Positions 43,886 to 54,778 of a stretch of 64,000 nucleotides of DNA are shown here, one piece after another. Position 1 is the first letter of the stretch, and every line of letters begins with the position of its first letter. Below the pieces are notes generated by a model that was given only the letters and a program-made list of their open reading frames with translations, had not been told where the DNA came from and did not search any database. Source of the DNA: Oscillospiraceae bacterium (lineage in GTDB: Bacteria > Bacillota > Clostridia > Oscillospirales > Ruminococcaceae); contig JAXGPS010000001.1 in NCBI GenBank assembly GCA_040766825.1, positions 13,411 to 77,410 of the forward strand, read 5' to 3'. A program made the translations under genes and the position numbers.

Positions 43886-44611
43886 TTATTCATCTACAAT
43901 ATCCTTGTCATCAATCATTGCCGCAAAGATAATCATCGGAGCACATTCAATAATTCCGTTTAAAAGCAATCCTGTTTTATTGCCAAGTAAGGAAACATAA
44001 CTAAGCAACGTGCCTAATTCAATGTTCATAAGCCTAATAACAGTAACTGCGCTAACTGTTGCATTTGCCATTGCAATAAGCACAATTCCAACTACGCAGA
44101 GCCATGCCCATGTGCGATCGGTCTTTGCCTTACCGTAAAAAAGTCTGAATATTTGAGCAAAAAACACATACCTAATGCTCATTCTAATCAAAGCGCTAAT
44201 AAATGCTACTATCGTTACTAAAATTTCTATGCTCTTTGCGCTATCGAAAACGCTTGCCATAATCATTCCGCTTGCACTCTCAAGCGCAAAATCAAGAACA
44301 ACAATAACTATGGCAACACCTATGCAAGCAAGGGATAGAAACCTTTTCTTAAGTTGGTTGACACTATTTATAATTCTTGCACACAAAAGCTCTCCAACTA
44401 TAAAGAATAAGGCTATAAACCCAACATCTAAAGCAAGTTGTGCTACAATATCGACGCTCGTTACAATGGACGAAACTGCAATAATGCAATTCAAAGCCAT
44501 TAAAATACAAAGTGCAATTAGTACACTTATTTTTCTACTAACTTTTGGCATAGCTACTCCTCCAAACATACTATTTTTATTAATTATAGCATTACTTGCT
44601 GACAATGTCAA
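43886..44611 (-). CDS. hypothetical polytopic membrane protein
   Basis: An ORF of about 220-240 aa with 6 TM segments. No family was recognised. Confidence 0.5.
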   Translation of the reverse strand: MTLSASNAIINKNSMFGGVAMPKVSRKISVLIALCILMALNCIIAVSSIVTSVDIVAQLALDVGFIALFFIVGELLCARIINSVNQLKKRFLSLACIGVAIVIVVLDFALESASGMIMASVFDSAKSIEILVTIVAFISALIRMSIRYVFFAQIFRLFYGKAKTDRTWAWLCVVGIVLIAMANATVSAVTVIRLMNIELGTLLSYVSLLGNKTGLLLNGIIECAPMIIFAAMIDDKDIVDE

Positions 44612-44662
44612 TCAATCTGTTTGTCTTCGTTTTCTTAATAATTATCAAGGAAAACGCCGTTC

Positions 44663-44905
44663 TTATGGACATTCTGCGTTTGTCAAACTTTCTGAAAATG
44701 TTGAAAACTGTTGCCTCATATATACAAAATAACCAAAAAAACCACTTTGTTCGCCCTCCTTAAACGTTTTTGATAAAATATCGGCTTTGTCTTTCCACAT
44801 TATCAACAACCTTTTCAACAGTTTGTATATGACTATAAATGGGATAAAAATTATATTGTTTTTTACGTCCTTTTTCAAGGCTTCGAAAGTTTGTTCTTTA
44901 TACAA
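44663..44905 (-). CDS. small hypothetical protein (80 aa)
   Basis: The ORF is in the same orientation as, and upstream of, the membrane protein. Support is weak. Confidence 0.25.
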   Translation of the reverse strand: MYKEQTFEALKKDVKNNIIFIPFIVIYKLLKRLLIMWKDKADILSKTFKEGEQSGFFGYFVYMRQQFSTFSESLTNAECP

Positions 44906-45085
44906 AAGGTAATATGAACTTTACAACAGTTCGACTTATACAGGATAATAAAAAATGAAAAAGATTTATTTTTTTTGCTGATAATAAAGACAAGACGAAA
45001 AAAATGTGATATAATAATTAATGATATATATTATGAGAATTGTGCGGTTTAATTCCTGCAATTTCGGAAAGGAAAAACGGTAAAT

Positions 45086-45493
45086 ATGATTTTTGAAAAA
45101 TCGTGTGGAGCTATTGTCTATCGCAAATTTCACGGAAACACTGAAATACTTCTAATCAAACACGTGAATAGCGGACATTGGTCTTTCCCTAAGGATCACG
45201 TTGAGCCTGGTGAAACAGAACTTGAAACTGCCCAGCGTGAAATCATGGAGGAAACTGGCATAGATGTTATTCTTGATCCAACTTTCCGTGAAACTGTCAC
45301 CTACTACCCGAGGAAGGATACACAAAAGGTTGTCGTTTATTTTATTGCCAAAGCCAAAAATTTTGATTTTGTCCCTCAAGAGGAGGAAATTGCCCAGATT
45401 AAATGGACAGAAATTGGACACGCTGCAACAATTCTTACCTACGAAAATGATAAGAATATCGTTGCAAAGGCAAAAGCTGCAATTAATAATTAA
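45086..45493 (+). CDS. NUDIX hydrolase
   Basis: The Nudix box is GHWSFPKDHVEPGETELETAQREIMEETGI (GX5EX7REUXEEXGU). A terminator hairpin follows at 45510-45540. Confidence 0.85.
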   Translation: MIFEKSCGAIVYRKFHGNTEILLIKHVNSGHWSFPKDHVEPGETELETAQREIMEETGIDVILDPTFRETVTYYPRKDTQKVVVYFIAKAKNFDFVPQEEEIAQIKWTEIGHAATILTYENDKNIVAKAKAAINN

Positions 45494-45553
45494 AAGGTTG
45501 ATAACCAAAAAGAGGAGCCGAATGGCTCCTCTTTTTTTGTTTGAAGTATTGTT

Positions 45554-46549
45554 TTATTCCCCAGTTGATTGCCTGTGGATTATATTAAATGAGGTTTTTA
45601 TATGGTCGGTGCATTTGTGCGTGTTGCTTATATTGTCAATAAGCTTGCTAGTAACGTCATAACCAATTTGATAGCAAGGCTGCATAACCGTTGAAACAGT
45701 TGGTATGTACATCTCACATATGGAATTGTTGTCAAATCCCATGATGCTAATATCCTTACCAACTTCAAGACCTAACTTCAACGCCCTCTTTATTGCGCCA
45801 ACGGCAAGCAAGTCAGAAACTGCAAATATTGCTGTTGGAGGCTCGTCCAATTTCATAAATTGTGACAATGCAAAGCCACCGTTGCGGTAGTCGTATGTAT
45901 GTTGATATAAATACTCGTCACGAACTTCAATCCCGTTGCTCTCTAATGCACGGAAATATCCATTTTCACGGTCAATTGCAGACTGCGCTCCGACATCAGT
46001 CGAAATCATTGCAACCCTCTTATGACCACGCTTAATCAAAGAATCAACAGCAGCAAAAGCTGCCTCTTCATCATCTACTGTTATAGTAAGTACTCCTGCT
46101 CCGTCTATTCTCTCACAAGCAAGGGCTATATTATATTCTTGATTAAGGGTATTTAGCATTTCCTTATCTAGTCTTGTGCCTAAAAGCAATGCTGCGTCAA
46201 CTGTTCTATTGAAAAGCATATTCAGCAAGTGCATTTCATTCTCAACTGTACTGTTTGTCGAGCCTGTAAGAACATCATATCCCAATTCAGTTGCCGCCGC
46301 TTGAATTCCCCTAAGCACTTCGCTGTAAAAAGTATGCTCGGTAGATGGAATTACAGCAAGAATTGTGTTTGTTTCGCATCTTCTAAGGTTTCTGCCAAGG
46401 AAGTTCGGGCTGTACCTAAGTTCCTTTATGGCTGCGTTAACCTGTTCAGCCGCCACCGCAGATACGTTTGCGCTATTGTTCAAAACTCTTGAAACGGTTG
46501 CTACTGAAACACCTGCCGCTTTTGCAACATCTTTAATTGTAACGTTCAA
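45554..46549 (-). CDS. LacI-family transcriptional regulator
   Basis: The N-terminal HTH is MNVTIKDVAKAAGVSVATVSRVLNN. It is followed by a periplasmic-binding-protein fold. Confidence 0.9.
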   Translation of the reverse strand: MNVTIKDVAKAAGVSVATVSRVLNNSANVSAVAAEQVNAAIKELRYSPNFLGRNLRRCETNTILAVIPSTEHTFYSEVLRGIQAAATELGYDVLTGSTNSTVENEMHLLNMLFNRTVDAALLLGTRLDKEMLNTLNQEYNIALACERIDGAGVLTITVDDEEAAFAAVDSLIKRGHKRVAMISTDVGAQSAIDRENGYFRALESNGIEVRDEYLYQHTYDYRNGGFALSQFMKLDEPPTAIFAVSDLLAVGAIKRALKLGLEVGKDISIMGFDNNSICEMYIPTVSTVMQPCYQIGYDVTSKLIDNISNTHKCTDHIKTSFNIIHRQSTGE

Positions 46550-46726
46550 AATAACACCTCTATTATTACCTTTCTATATTTTAATTAAATATTCAAATAA
46601 CATTGCTTAAAAAATTAACCTTTTTTAAGCACCTATAACTACAGTTTACATAAAAAAAGCATCCGTTTCAATTAGTATTTTAACCAAAAGAAACGGATGT
46701 TTGTTGTGCAATTGCCCTTATCAACG

Positions 46727-47212
46727 CTAATCATCAATAATAATTGACGGTGTTGGTGCGTTATCACGATCAAACTTCGCCTTACGCTTAGCCTTCTGCT
46801 CGTCGCTAAAGTAAGTAAGTACTGTAATTACTCCCACAAAAATCATCACTGCCATAATCGGCATATGTCTTATTAAGATTGTGTCAGGTGTTGAGGAAAT
46901 AAGCGACATCGCCCTTACAGAATACGCTGTAAAGACTGTTCCTGCAATGGCAGGAGCTACTGAGAAAACAAACATCAAAATCATATTCCTCGCCACCATG
47001 CAAACAATAACTGCAAAAAGGAACAACCCTGCTCCGATTATCATTGCTTTGCCGTAGGAAATAATATCTGATTGTACCTTTTCAGAACTGCTTGTGTTGA
47101 GTAACATTCCAACCCCGCCAAGCACATTAAGCAATGTGCCAATAACTAAATTTATAATCATAAGTACTTTCAAAAATTGTATAGTTTTTTTAATATAAAC
47201 CAAACCTTTCAA
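46727..47212 (-). CDS. hypothetical membrane protein (161 aa)
   Basis: Four TM segments. The C-terminus is …KAKRKAKFDRDNAPTPSIIIDD. Confidence 0.5.
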   Translation of the reverse strand: MKGLVYIKKTIQFLKVLMIINLVIGTLLNVLGGVGMLLNTSSSEKVQSDIISYGKAMIIGAGLFLFAVIVCMVARNMILMFVFSVAPAIAGTVFTAYSVRAMSLISSTPDTILIRHMPIMAVMIFVGVITVLTYFSDEQKAKRKAKFDRDNAPTPSIIIDD

Positions 47213-47634
47213 ATATATTTTCCCCTTGTTTTCAACTTAGTTTATTATACCATAAAATCAAATGCAGCCGTTAGATTACATTTGAGCAAGGCTAGTTGTG
47301 GTTATTTTATGCTTCAATGTTCTCACGAGAGAAAACCGTTTAGGTTTTGCACTGAAAGTGCATCGTGAAGTTATTATACCATATTTATTTTAAATATACA
47401 ATGATTAATTAGAATAATTAGTATTTATTACGACCATAATATGACATGATTCATAATGTTTTGGTATTAAAATTATCATACAAAAACAATGATATTTAAT
47501 CTCAAATTGCAAATAGTAATTTCATAGCCAAAATCAATATGGCAAGCTGCAATTTTTGGATTGAAATCTATTAAATTTGCCGTAAACCATATTTATTTTT
47601 GCAATATAATAGAGATTAAGAGGTAACTGCGGAT

Positions 47635-48856
47635 ATGAGAAAAATGGCGAGAATTACAGCATCTTTGCTAATAGGTATTAACCATGACAGTTTGCGGTAT
47701 AACTGGATATTATATGTTCAAATTGCCTGACAACTACTATGTGCAAGGTGACAGCGATTTAGTGCTTTCTTGTAATTTTGAAATTACAGCTCAAAACATG
47801 GGGAGTACTGCACAAGCGCTTTCGACACAAACTCAACCTCTATCAAAGGAGGTTGAACTTCGGCTTTTTGGTATAATTCCCATAAAAACCGTAAATATTC
47901 AATCAGTTGACAAAACAGTGCTTGTTCCGGGAGGAAATCCCTTTGGCATACTCTTGCAAACGGAGGGTGTAATGGTAGTAAGCCTTGGAGAGGTCGATAC
48001 TAGCGACGGTCTTATCTGCCCGGCTTCTGATGCAGGTATCAAAACAGGCGATATTGTCCTCAAAATTAACAATAAGAAAATCAGTTCGAACTCTGATATT
48101 CAAGAAAAAATTGCATCATCTGACGGAGAAGCTGTAACAGTTCTTCTTCGCCGTGATGAAAAGGAAATCAGTTTGCAAATGACTCCTGCATACTCTGTAA
48201 ACGCCGGCTCATACAAGGCTGGAATGTACGTTCGTGATAGTTGTGCCGGTATCGGCACCGTTACCTTTTACGATCCTGCTACGGGCATTTTCGGAGGTCT
48301 TGGACACCCTGTTTGTGACGTTGACACTGGAAATGTCATGACAATTTCAAGCGGTGAAGTCGTGGGCGTTTCAATTAATGGAGTAAATAAAGGCTCTGCT
48401 GGAAAGCCGGGGGAATTAGTCGGAAGCTTTACTTCAAGAAAAACCCTCGGAAGTCTTAATCTTAATGAATTTTGCGGGCTTTTCGGACGTTTAAGTACCT
48501 CGCTTAACTATAACTCAGCAATTCCAATGGGACTGAAACAGGAGGTAAATCTAGGAGAAGCCACTATCCTCTCAACCGTTGACGGCTCAACTCCAAAAGA
48601 ATACTCAATTGAGATTGAGAAGATAGACTACCGAGATAAAGACAACTCCAAAAACTTCGTCATACGAATAACCGATGCTGAGCTTATAGAGCTTACTGGT
48701 GGTATTGTGCAAGGTATGAGCGGAAGTCCAATTATTCAGAATGGACAACTTGTTGGTGCTGTCACTCATGTTTTTGTCAACGACCCTACTCGTGGTTACG
48801 GTATCTTCTGTGAAACTATGTATGAGAACTCAAAGAATGTAAATGCGCTTTCTTAA
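47635..48856 (+). CDS. spoIVB: stage IV sporulation protein B (S55 signalling serine peptidase), N-terminal frameshift near 47685
   Basis: The signal/TM start MRKMARITASLLIGIN| is in a different frame from the body. The PDZ domain is …GIKTGDIVLKINNKKI…. The catalytic region is …GSPIIQNGQLVGAVTHVFVNDPTRGYGIF… with the Ser in GSP. Confidence 0.85.
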
Positions 48857-48992
48857 CTAATATAAAAAACTCCGTTCTTCATTAGAAATTATTTGCATTT
48901 TTAAAATTCTGCTCAAAAATAGTAAAAACCGTTGCAAAATTTTACTAAAGAATATATAATATAAGTGTTCTATTTTTGTTTAAATATCGTTA

Positions 48993-49014
48993 AACCTCGA
49001 AAAAATCGAGGTTT
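48993..49014 (+). terminator. weak terminator hairpin after spoIVB
   Basis: aacctcga aaaaa tcgaggtt, then only a short TTT run. Confidence 0.3.
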
Positions 49015-49151
49015 GGCGATATATTAAGTGTCAACATATAAACTGTATTGGATTTTTTTGTAAAAATATTTGTAAAAACTATTGATTTTTTGGAAAAGCT
49101 ATGGTAATATATGTAAGTAGTCAATTACACAATCTTTAGGAGGAACTAAAA

Positions 49152-49924
49152 ATGAACAACAAAACAAAGGTACTTATAACAGATAACAGCGCAGAATACG
49201 GAATACTACTTGCAAACAAGCTACGTAATTTAGACGTATTTGCTATTACTTGCGCAAAAGACGGAATAGCAATTCTTTAATCTATTAAGAATGAATGCCC
49301 TGATGTAGTAATTATTGATGCTGTGCTTCCACTTTCTGATGCTTCTGATATTATCCGTAAAGCTTCTGGCACGGTTTACAAAAAGCCTAAATTTATTGTC
49401 GTATCCGCTTATGCAAGCCCTATAGTAGAGCAAAGAGCAATGGAGGCTGGCGCTGAGTTGTTTGTAACCAAGCCTTTTGATATGGATCTTATGTGCCAAC
49501 GCTTGCTCGCTTTAACCCCTGCTACCTCTACATATTCCCAGCAAGAGTCCCCTAGAAGCGACATGGATCTAAAAGTGGTAGTAACGGACATTATCCACCA
49601 AATCGGAGTCCCTGCTCATATAAAAGGATACCATTATTTAAGAGAGGCTATCATGCTTTCTGTAAAAGATGATGAAATGCTTGAGAGCGTAACAAAGCTT
49701 CTCTACCCAACAGTAGCGAAAGCTTTCTCAACAACACCTTCAAGAGTGGAAAGAGCAATACGTCATGCAATTGAAGTCGCATGGGATAGAGGCGACATTG
49801 ATACTCTAAACTCTTTCTTCGGATATACTGTAAATACTGGAAAGGGTAAGCCTACAAACTCCGAATTTATCGCCCTTATAACTGATAAGCTTAGACTTCA
49901 GTATAGCCACGCTCTTATGGCTTA
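49152..49924 (+). CDS. spo0A: sporulation master regulator Spo0A, interrupted by an in-frame TAA at 49278-49280 (codon 43)
   Basis: The receiver domain starts [12 protein letters not shown]…. Spo0A-specific C-terminal motifs are [34 protein letters not shown] and FGYTV…[11 protein letters not shown]. The stop is …[19 protein letters not shown]. The gene is adjacent to spoIVB as in other sporeformers. Confidence 0.9.
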
Positions 49925-50058
49925 AATTTGCCCCTTATATCAATTTTGCTATACAGATCTAAATTGATATATTACATTACATTCCCCCTTAAGGCAATAC
50001 TTCACAACGCACGCTTGATGGTTCTGTGCGGTATTGCCTTTCCCTTATCAAGGTTTAT

Positions 50059-50107
50059 AATGAAGAAAGCTGCAGCTTGAGCTTTTCAAGCTGCAGCTTT
50101 CTTCATT
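50059..50107. other. 49-bp near-perfect palindrome (21-bp arms)
   Basis: aatgaagaaagctgcagcttg a gctttt caagctgcagctttcttcatt. Confidence 0.6.
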
Positions 50108-50111
50108 AGTT

Positions 50112-50157
50112 AAAAAACGCTATTAGCAAAAACTCTAACAGAGTTTACTAATAGCGT
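50112..50157 (-). terminator. intrinsic terminator of ilvC
   Basis: acgctattag…ctaatagcgt (a 10-bp stem), with the T-run on the minus strand. Confidence 0.55.
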
Positions 50158-50166
50158 CATGTTTTA

Positions 50167-51201
<1,035 letters not shown>

Positions 51202-51260
51202 CTAAATAAATTGTTTGTATTTATAATAAACAGTGCATATTCCGCCCTAATTATTAGCTA

Positions 51261-51761
51261 TTATTTCTTTGTGATGTTAATTGCCTCAACACCCTTTTGG
51301 AGTGCAATTGTTCCCGTTCTAACCATTTCCTTAATCCCGTAAGGTCTTATAAGTTCCTCTAAACGAGCGACGTGAATGGCTGTATCGCTAATTTGAAGCG
51401 TCATTGTTTGAAGTGAAATATCGACAATCTTTGCGCCTGTAATTTCGGCAATTGTCATAACCTCCTGACGCTTTTCAGCTGTGCAATGAACCTTGATAAG
51501 CACAAGCTCTCTTGCAATAAAGTCACCCTGTGCGAGCGTTTTTACTTTAATAACGTCAATGAGTTTGTTAAGCTGCTTTTCAAGTTGTTCAACTGTGTAC
51601 TCATTTCCGTCAGCTACTATTGTAACTCTTGAAACTGATGGATCGTCCGTCACGCCAACTGCTAGGCTGTCGATATTAAATCCTCTGCGTGAGAAAAGCC
51701 CAGTAATTCTTGATAGCACGCCGGCATGGTTCTCCACTAAAATAGAAATTGTATGTTTCAA
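51261..51761 (-). CDS. ilvN: acetolactate synthase small (regulatory) subunit
   Basis: The ACT domain starts MKHTISILVENHAGVLSRITGLFSRRGFNIDSLAVG. Confidence 0.85.
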   Translation of the reverse strand: MKHTISILVENHAGVLSRITGLFSRRGFNIDSLAVGVTDDPSVSRVTIVADGNEYTVEQLEKQLNKLIDVIKVKTLAQGDFIARELVLIKVHCTAEKRQEVMTIAEITGAKIVDISLQTMTLQISDTAIHVARLEELIRPYGIKEMVRTGTIALQKGVEAINITKK

Positions 51762-51774
51762 AATTTTCCCCTCC

Positions 51775-53385
51775 TTACAAAGTTTTTTCTCTTGGATCTA
51801 TCGGACATTCTATGAGGTAAGGTGTCTTTGCCTCAATCATTCTTTGTATTGCCGATGATATATCCAATGGATTTTCAACCCTTTCAGACGGAATTCCGTA
51901 AGCTTTTGCAAGTGCAATAAAGTCTGGATTGCCATCTAAGGTTGTCGCTACGATATTATCGTTGTATTTATTGGTTTGAAGTTCACGCACCATTCCAAGA
52001 CGGCCGTTATTCATCACAACCATTTTAACAGGGATGTTGTGCTGTACCATTGTTGCAAGCTCCATAAACTGCATTTGGAAAGAGCCGTCACCGAAAATAG
52101 CGACTACTTCTGAATCAGGGTTTGCAAGCTTTGCCCCCTCAGCAGCAGGACAAGAATACCCCATTGTTCCCATTCCGCCCGAGGTAAGGAAACGCCCACC
52201 AGCCTTTACTTTAAAGTAGTTTGAAGTCCAAATTTGATTTTGCCCAACGTCAGCAACAACAACGGTGCCTTCTGGCATCTTCTCGGAAAGTTCACGAATG
52301 AATTTCTTAGGGTTTATTCTGTCGCCATAGTGTTCGAGCTTTTCTTCGCCCTTTTCTATGTTTAGCTGATTAATCCATTCTTCACAATCGAACTTGTCGC
52401 ACTTTTCAGTAAGCTGTTCAAGGATAATTTCTGCGCTGCCTACAATCGGAATATGCGCTTCTGCGTTCTTACCAATTTCGGCAGGGTCAATATCAATATG
52501 TATAATCTTCGTTGTTTCAGCTAGGAATGTCGGTGCAGAAACTGCTCTATCCCCACTCTTGCTCCAGCAAGAAGGATTACGTCACTCTTGTTCATTGCGT
52601 AATTCGCAACCTTGACGCCGTGCATACCAATCATTCCATAGTAAATAGGGTTGTCCGTTTGAGTAACTGAAATACCCATCATTGTTGTAACCATTGGAAT
52701 GCCTGTTTTGCTTGAAATGCTCTAAGCTCATCTTCAGCGTGTGCACCAAAAATTCCGCCGCCTGCGCAAATAAGTGGTCTTTTCGCTTCTTTAAGGGCAG
52801 CAGCAGCACGTTTAACCTGCAACATATTCCCCTTTGACGAAGGCTTATATGAGCGAATGTCAACAGTCTTTGGATAGTCAAACTCAATCATTTCGTTTTG
52901 AACATCCATCGGAACATCAACAAGTACCGGTCCCGGACGTCCACTTCCGGCAATATAAAACGCCTCATGCATGATTTTAGGTAATTCCTTCGGATCACGT
53001 ACAAGGTAGCTGTGCTTAACAAACGGCTCGCAAGCACCTGTCATGTCAGCCTCTTGGAAAACGTCACGCCCGATTTGATCACGGTTAACCTGTCCCGTGA
53101 TAACAACAAGCGGAATAAGATCTGCATAAGCAGTTGCAATTGATGTTATAAGGTTAAGAGCCCCCGGTCCCGATGTCGCTATACAAACAGCAGGCTTGCC
53201 TGTTATTCTTGCGTATCCATTAGCGGCATGACCTGCATTCTGTTCATGTCTAACAAGAATGTGACGGACATCACTTTAGCTAACGAATCATAAAATGGGC
53301 ATATTGCAGCGCCCGGATAGCCAAAGATGACCTTGATTCCCTCAATTTCTAACGACTTAACCATAGCTTCGCTTGCCTTTATCAT
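51775..53385 (-). pseudogene. ilvB: acetolactate synthase large subunit IlvB, at least 3 frameshifts
   Basis: The N-terminus MIKASEAMVKSLEIEGIKVIFGYPGAAICPFYDSL, the middle …GPVLVDVPMDVQ…, and the C-terminal TPP region …GGMGTMGYSCPAAEGAKLA…GDGSFQM… are in different frames. Confidence 0.85.
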
Positions 53386-53445
53386 TCCATCACTTCTTTC
53401 AAAATAAATTAGCGGTTTTGGCAATAATGCAAAACACTATTTTAA

Positions 53446-53475
53446 TTATATTTCATTTCTTCCCCATTCGTCAAT
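53446..53475 (-). promoter_or_regulatory. putative sigma-A promoter of ilvBNC
   Basis: On the minus strand: TTGACG, an 18-bp spacer, then TATAAT, about 60 nt upstream of ilvB. Confidence 0.4.
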
Positions 53476-53645
53476 ATCTTTTGCTCACTAATCCCCAAAA
53501 AAAAGACGTTTTTTAGTGCTTTATCGTGTTAAAAGATGTGCATTTTGTGCATAAAGCGCCTAATTAAGTCTATCCCAAGCTATTATCAGCAATTCTTTTT
53601 TGATTTTTTTGAAAAATTTAACTTAAAATAAATGCTGCATTATCT

Positions 53646-53674
53646 TGATTTTTGTAAAAAAAACTTCTATAATG
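53646..53674 (+). promoter_or_regulatory. putative sigma-A promoter of the substrate-binding protein gene
   Basis: TTGATT, a 17-bp spacer, then TATAAT. A leader hairpin cagcga…tcgctg follows. Confidence 0.4.
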
Positions 53675-53729
53675 AATAATGTGTATGAATATCAGCGATA
53701 CCAAAGTCGCTGCTTGAAAGGACTTATAA

Positions 53730-54680
53730 TGAAAAAGAAAAACAAAATTGCTGTCTTTGCAGTGATGTTGATGATTATATCAACGTTTTTTACTGCTTGT
53801 GAGGAAATCTCCTCTGCGCCTGTTATTACAGAGCCGGCGGACACGAATTACCCCGTTTCAATAGGCTCATTAGAGTTTGAAACTGCGCCACAATCGGTTG
53901 TTTCGCTATCCCCTGCGATAACGAAATTATTTTTGAACTTGGTTACAACTATTCACTTGTCGGAGTGGGTGAGTATTGTGATTTTCCAGAGCAAGCTCTA
54001 AAACTCAACGTTGCAGGAAGTGCTGCAAACCCAGATATTGACGAAATTATTAAGCTCTCACCCGAACTTCTCATTTCGCAAAGTCCTATTGCCAAAAAAG
54101 ATATTGTATCCCTTGAAGATGCCGGCATTAGGGTTTTAATCCTTGGCACACCAAAGTCATATGATGAACTCAAACAAAATTATATGGATATTTCCGCACT
54201 TTTTGGCGGCAACGATAACGCCGAAACTAAAGTAAATGCTGCGTTTGAGGCTCTTGATGAGCAAATTGAACTTGCTAAAGGTGCAGATATTTCATTTGTA
54301 TACATAATGTCCTACGGCACGGCTGCTGCAACGCCTGACACACTTGCCGGAAGTATCCTTTCAATTTTCGGGAAGAATATTGCCAAAAAATACACCGATT
54401 GCGAAATGCCGGTTGAGGAGATTATCGCTGCTGATCCTGAGTATCTTTCCTCGCTCTACCAAGAAATGCGTTAAATCTGCCTGATGGTTTGAAGGACCTT
54501 CCAGCAGTTCAAGAGGGAAGGATAGTTAGCATGTTCAAGATTTATTCGACCGTCCTACTACAAGGATTGTTGAGAGCCTTATAAACGCAAACGTGGAACT
54601 CGGCTTGTTTGACGAGCAGAAGAAACCACCTCGGAAGAACAACAAACTCCTGATGAAACTATCGAAACCCTCAGATGAAT
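53730..54680 (+). pseudogene. cobalamin/Fe-siderophore-type ABC substrate-binding lipoprotein (BtuF/FecB-like), at least 2 frameshifts
   Basis: The lipobox is MKKKNKIAVFAVMLMIISTFFTAC. Segments …SLSPAIT|EIIFELGYNYSLVGVGEYCDF…LISQSP… and the C-terminus …PAVQEGRIV|… are in three frames. Confidence 0.6.
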
Positions 54681-54688
54681 AAAAAGTA

Positions 54689-54722
54689 AGCGTTCAAGAT
54701 TTTAAGTCTTGAACGCTTTTTT
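54689..54722. terminator. bidirectional intrinsic terminator
   Basis: agcgttcaaga…tcttgaacgct flanked by an A5 run and a T6 run. Confidence 0.6.
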
Positions 54723-54778
54723 GTCGAGATTATTCTGTATATGCTATGCCGAGAATTTGAAACTCACAATCAACAGAG

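Noticed and set aside
44175-44732. 185-aa plus-strand ORF
   Set aside because: It is antisense to the membrane-protein gene at 43886-44611 and has no RBS.
45152-45662. Minus-strand ORF of 118 aa and plus-strand ORF of 132 aa overlapping the NUDIX and LacI genes
   Set aside because: They overlap well-supported genes on the opposite strand or in another frame.
53476-53645. T-box or attenuator upstream of ilvB
   Set aside because: The leader between the predicted promoter and ilvB is only about 60 nt. It has no T-box sequence and no Leu/Val/Ile leader peptide.
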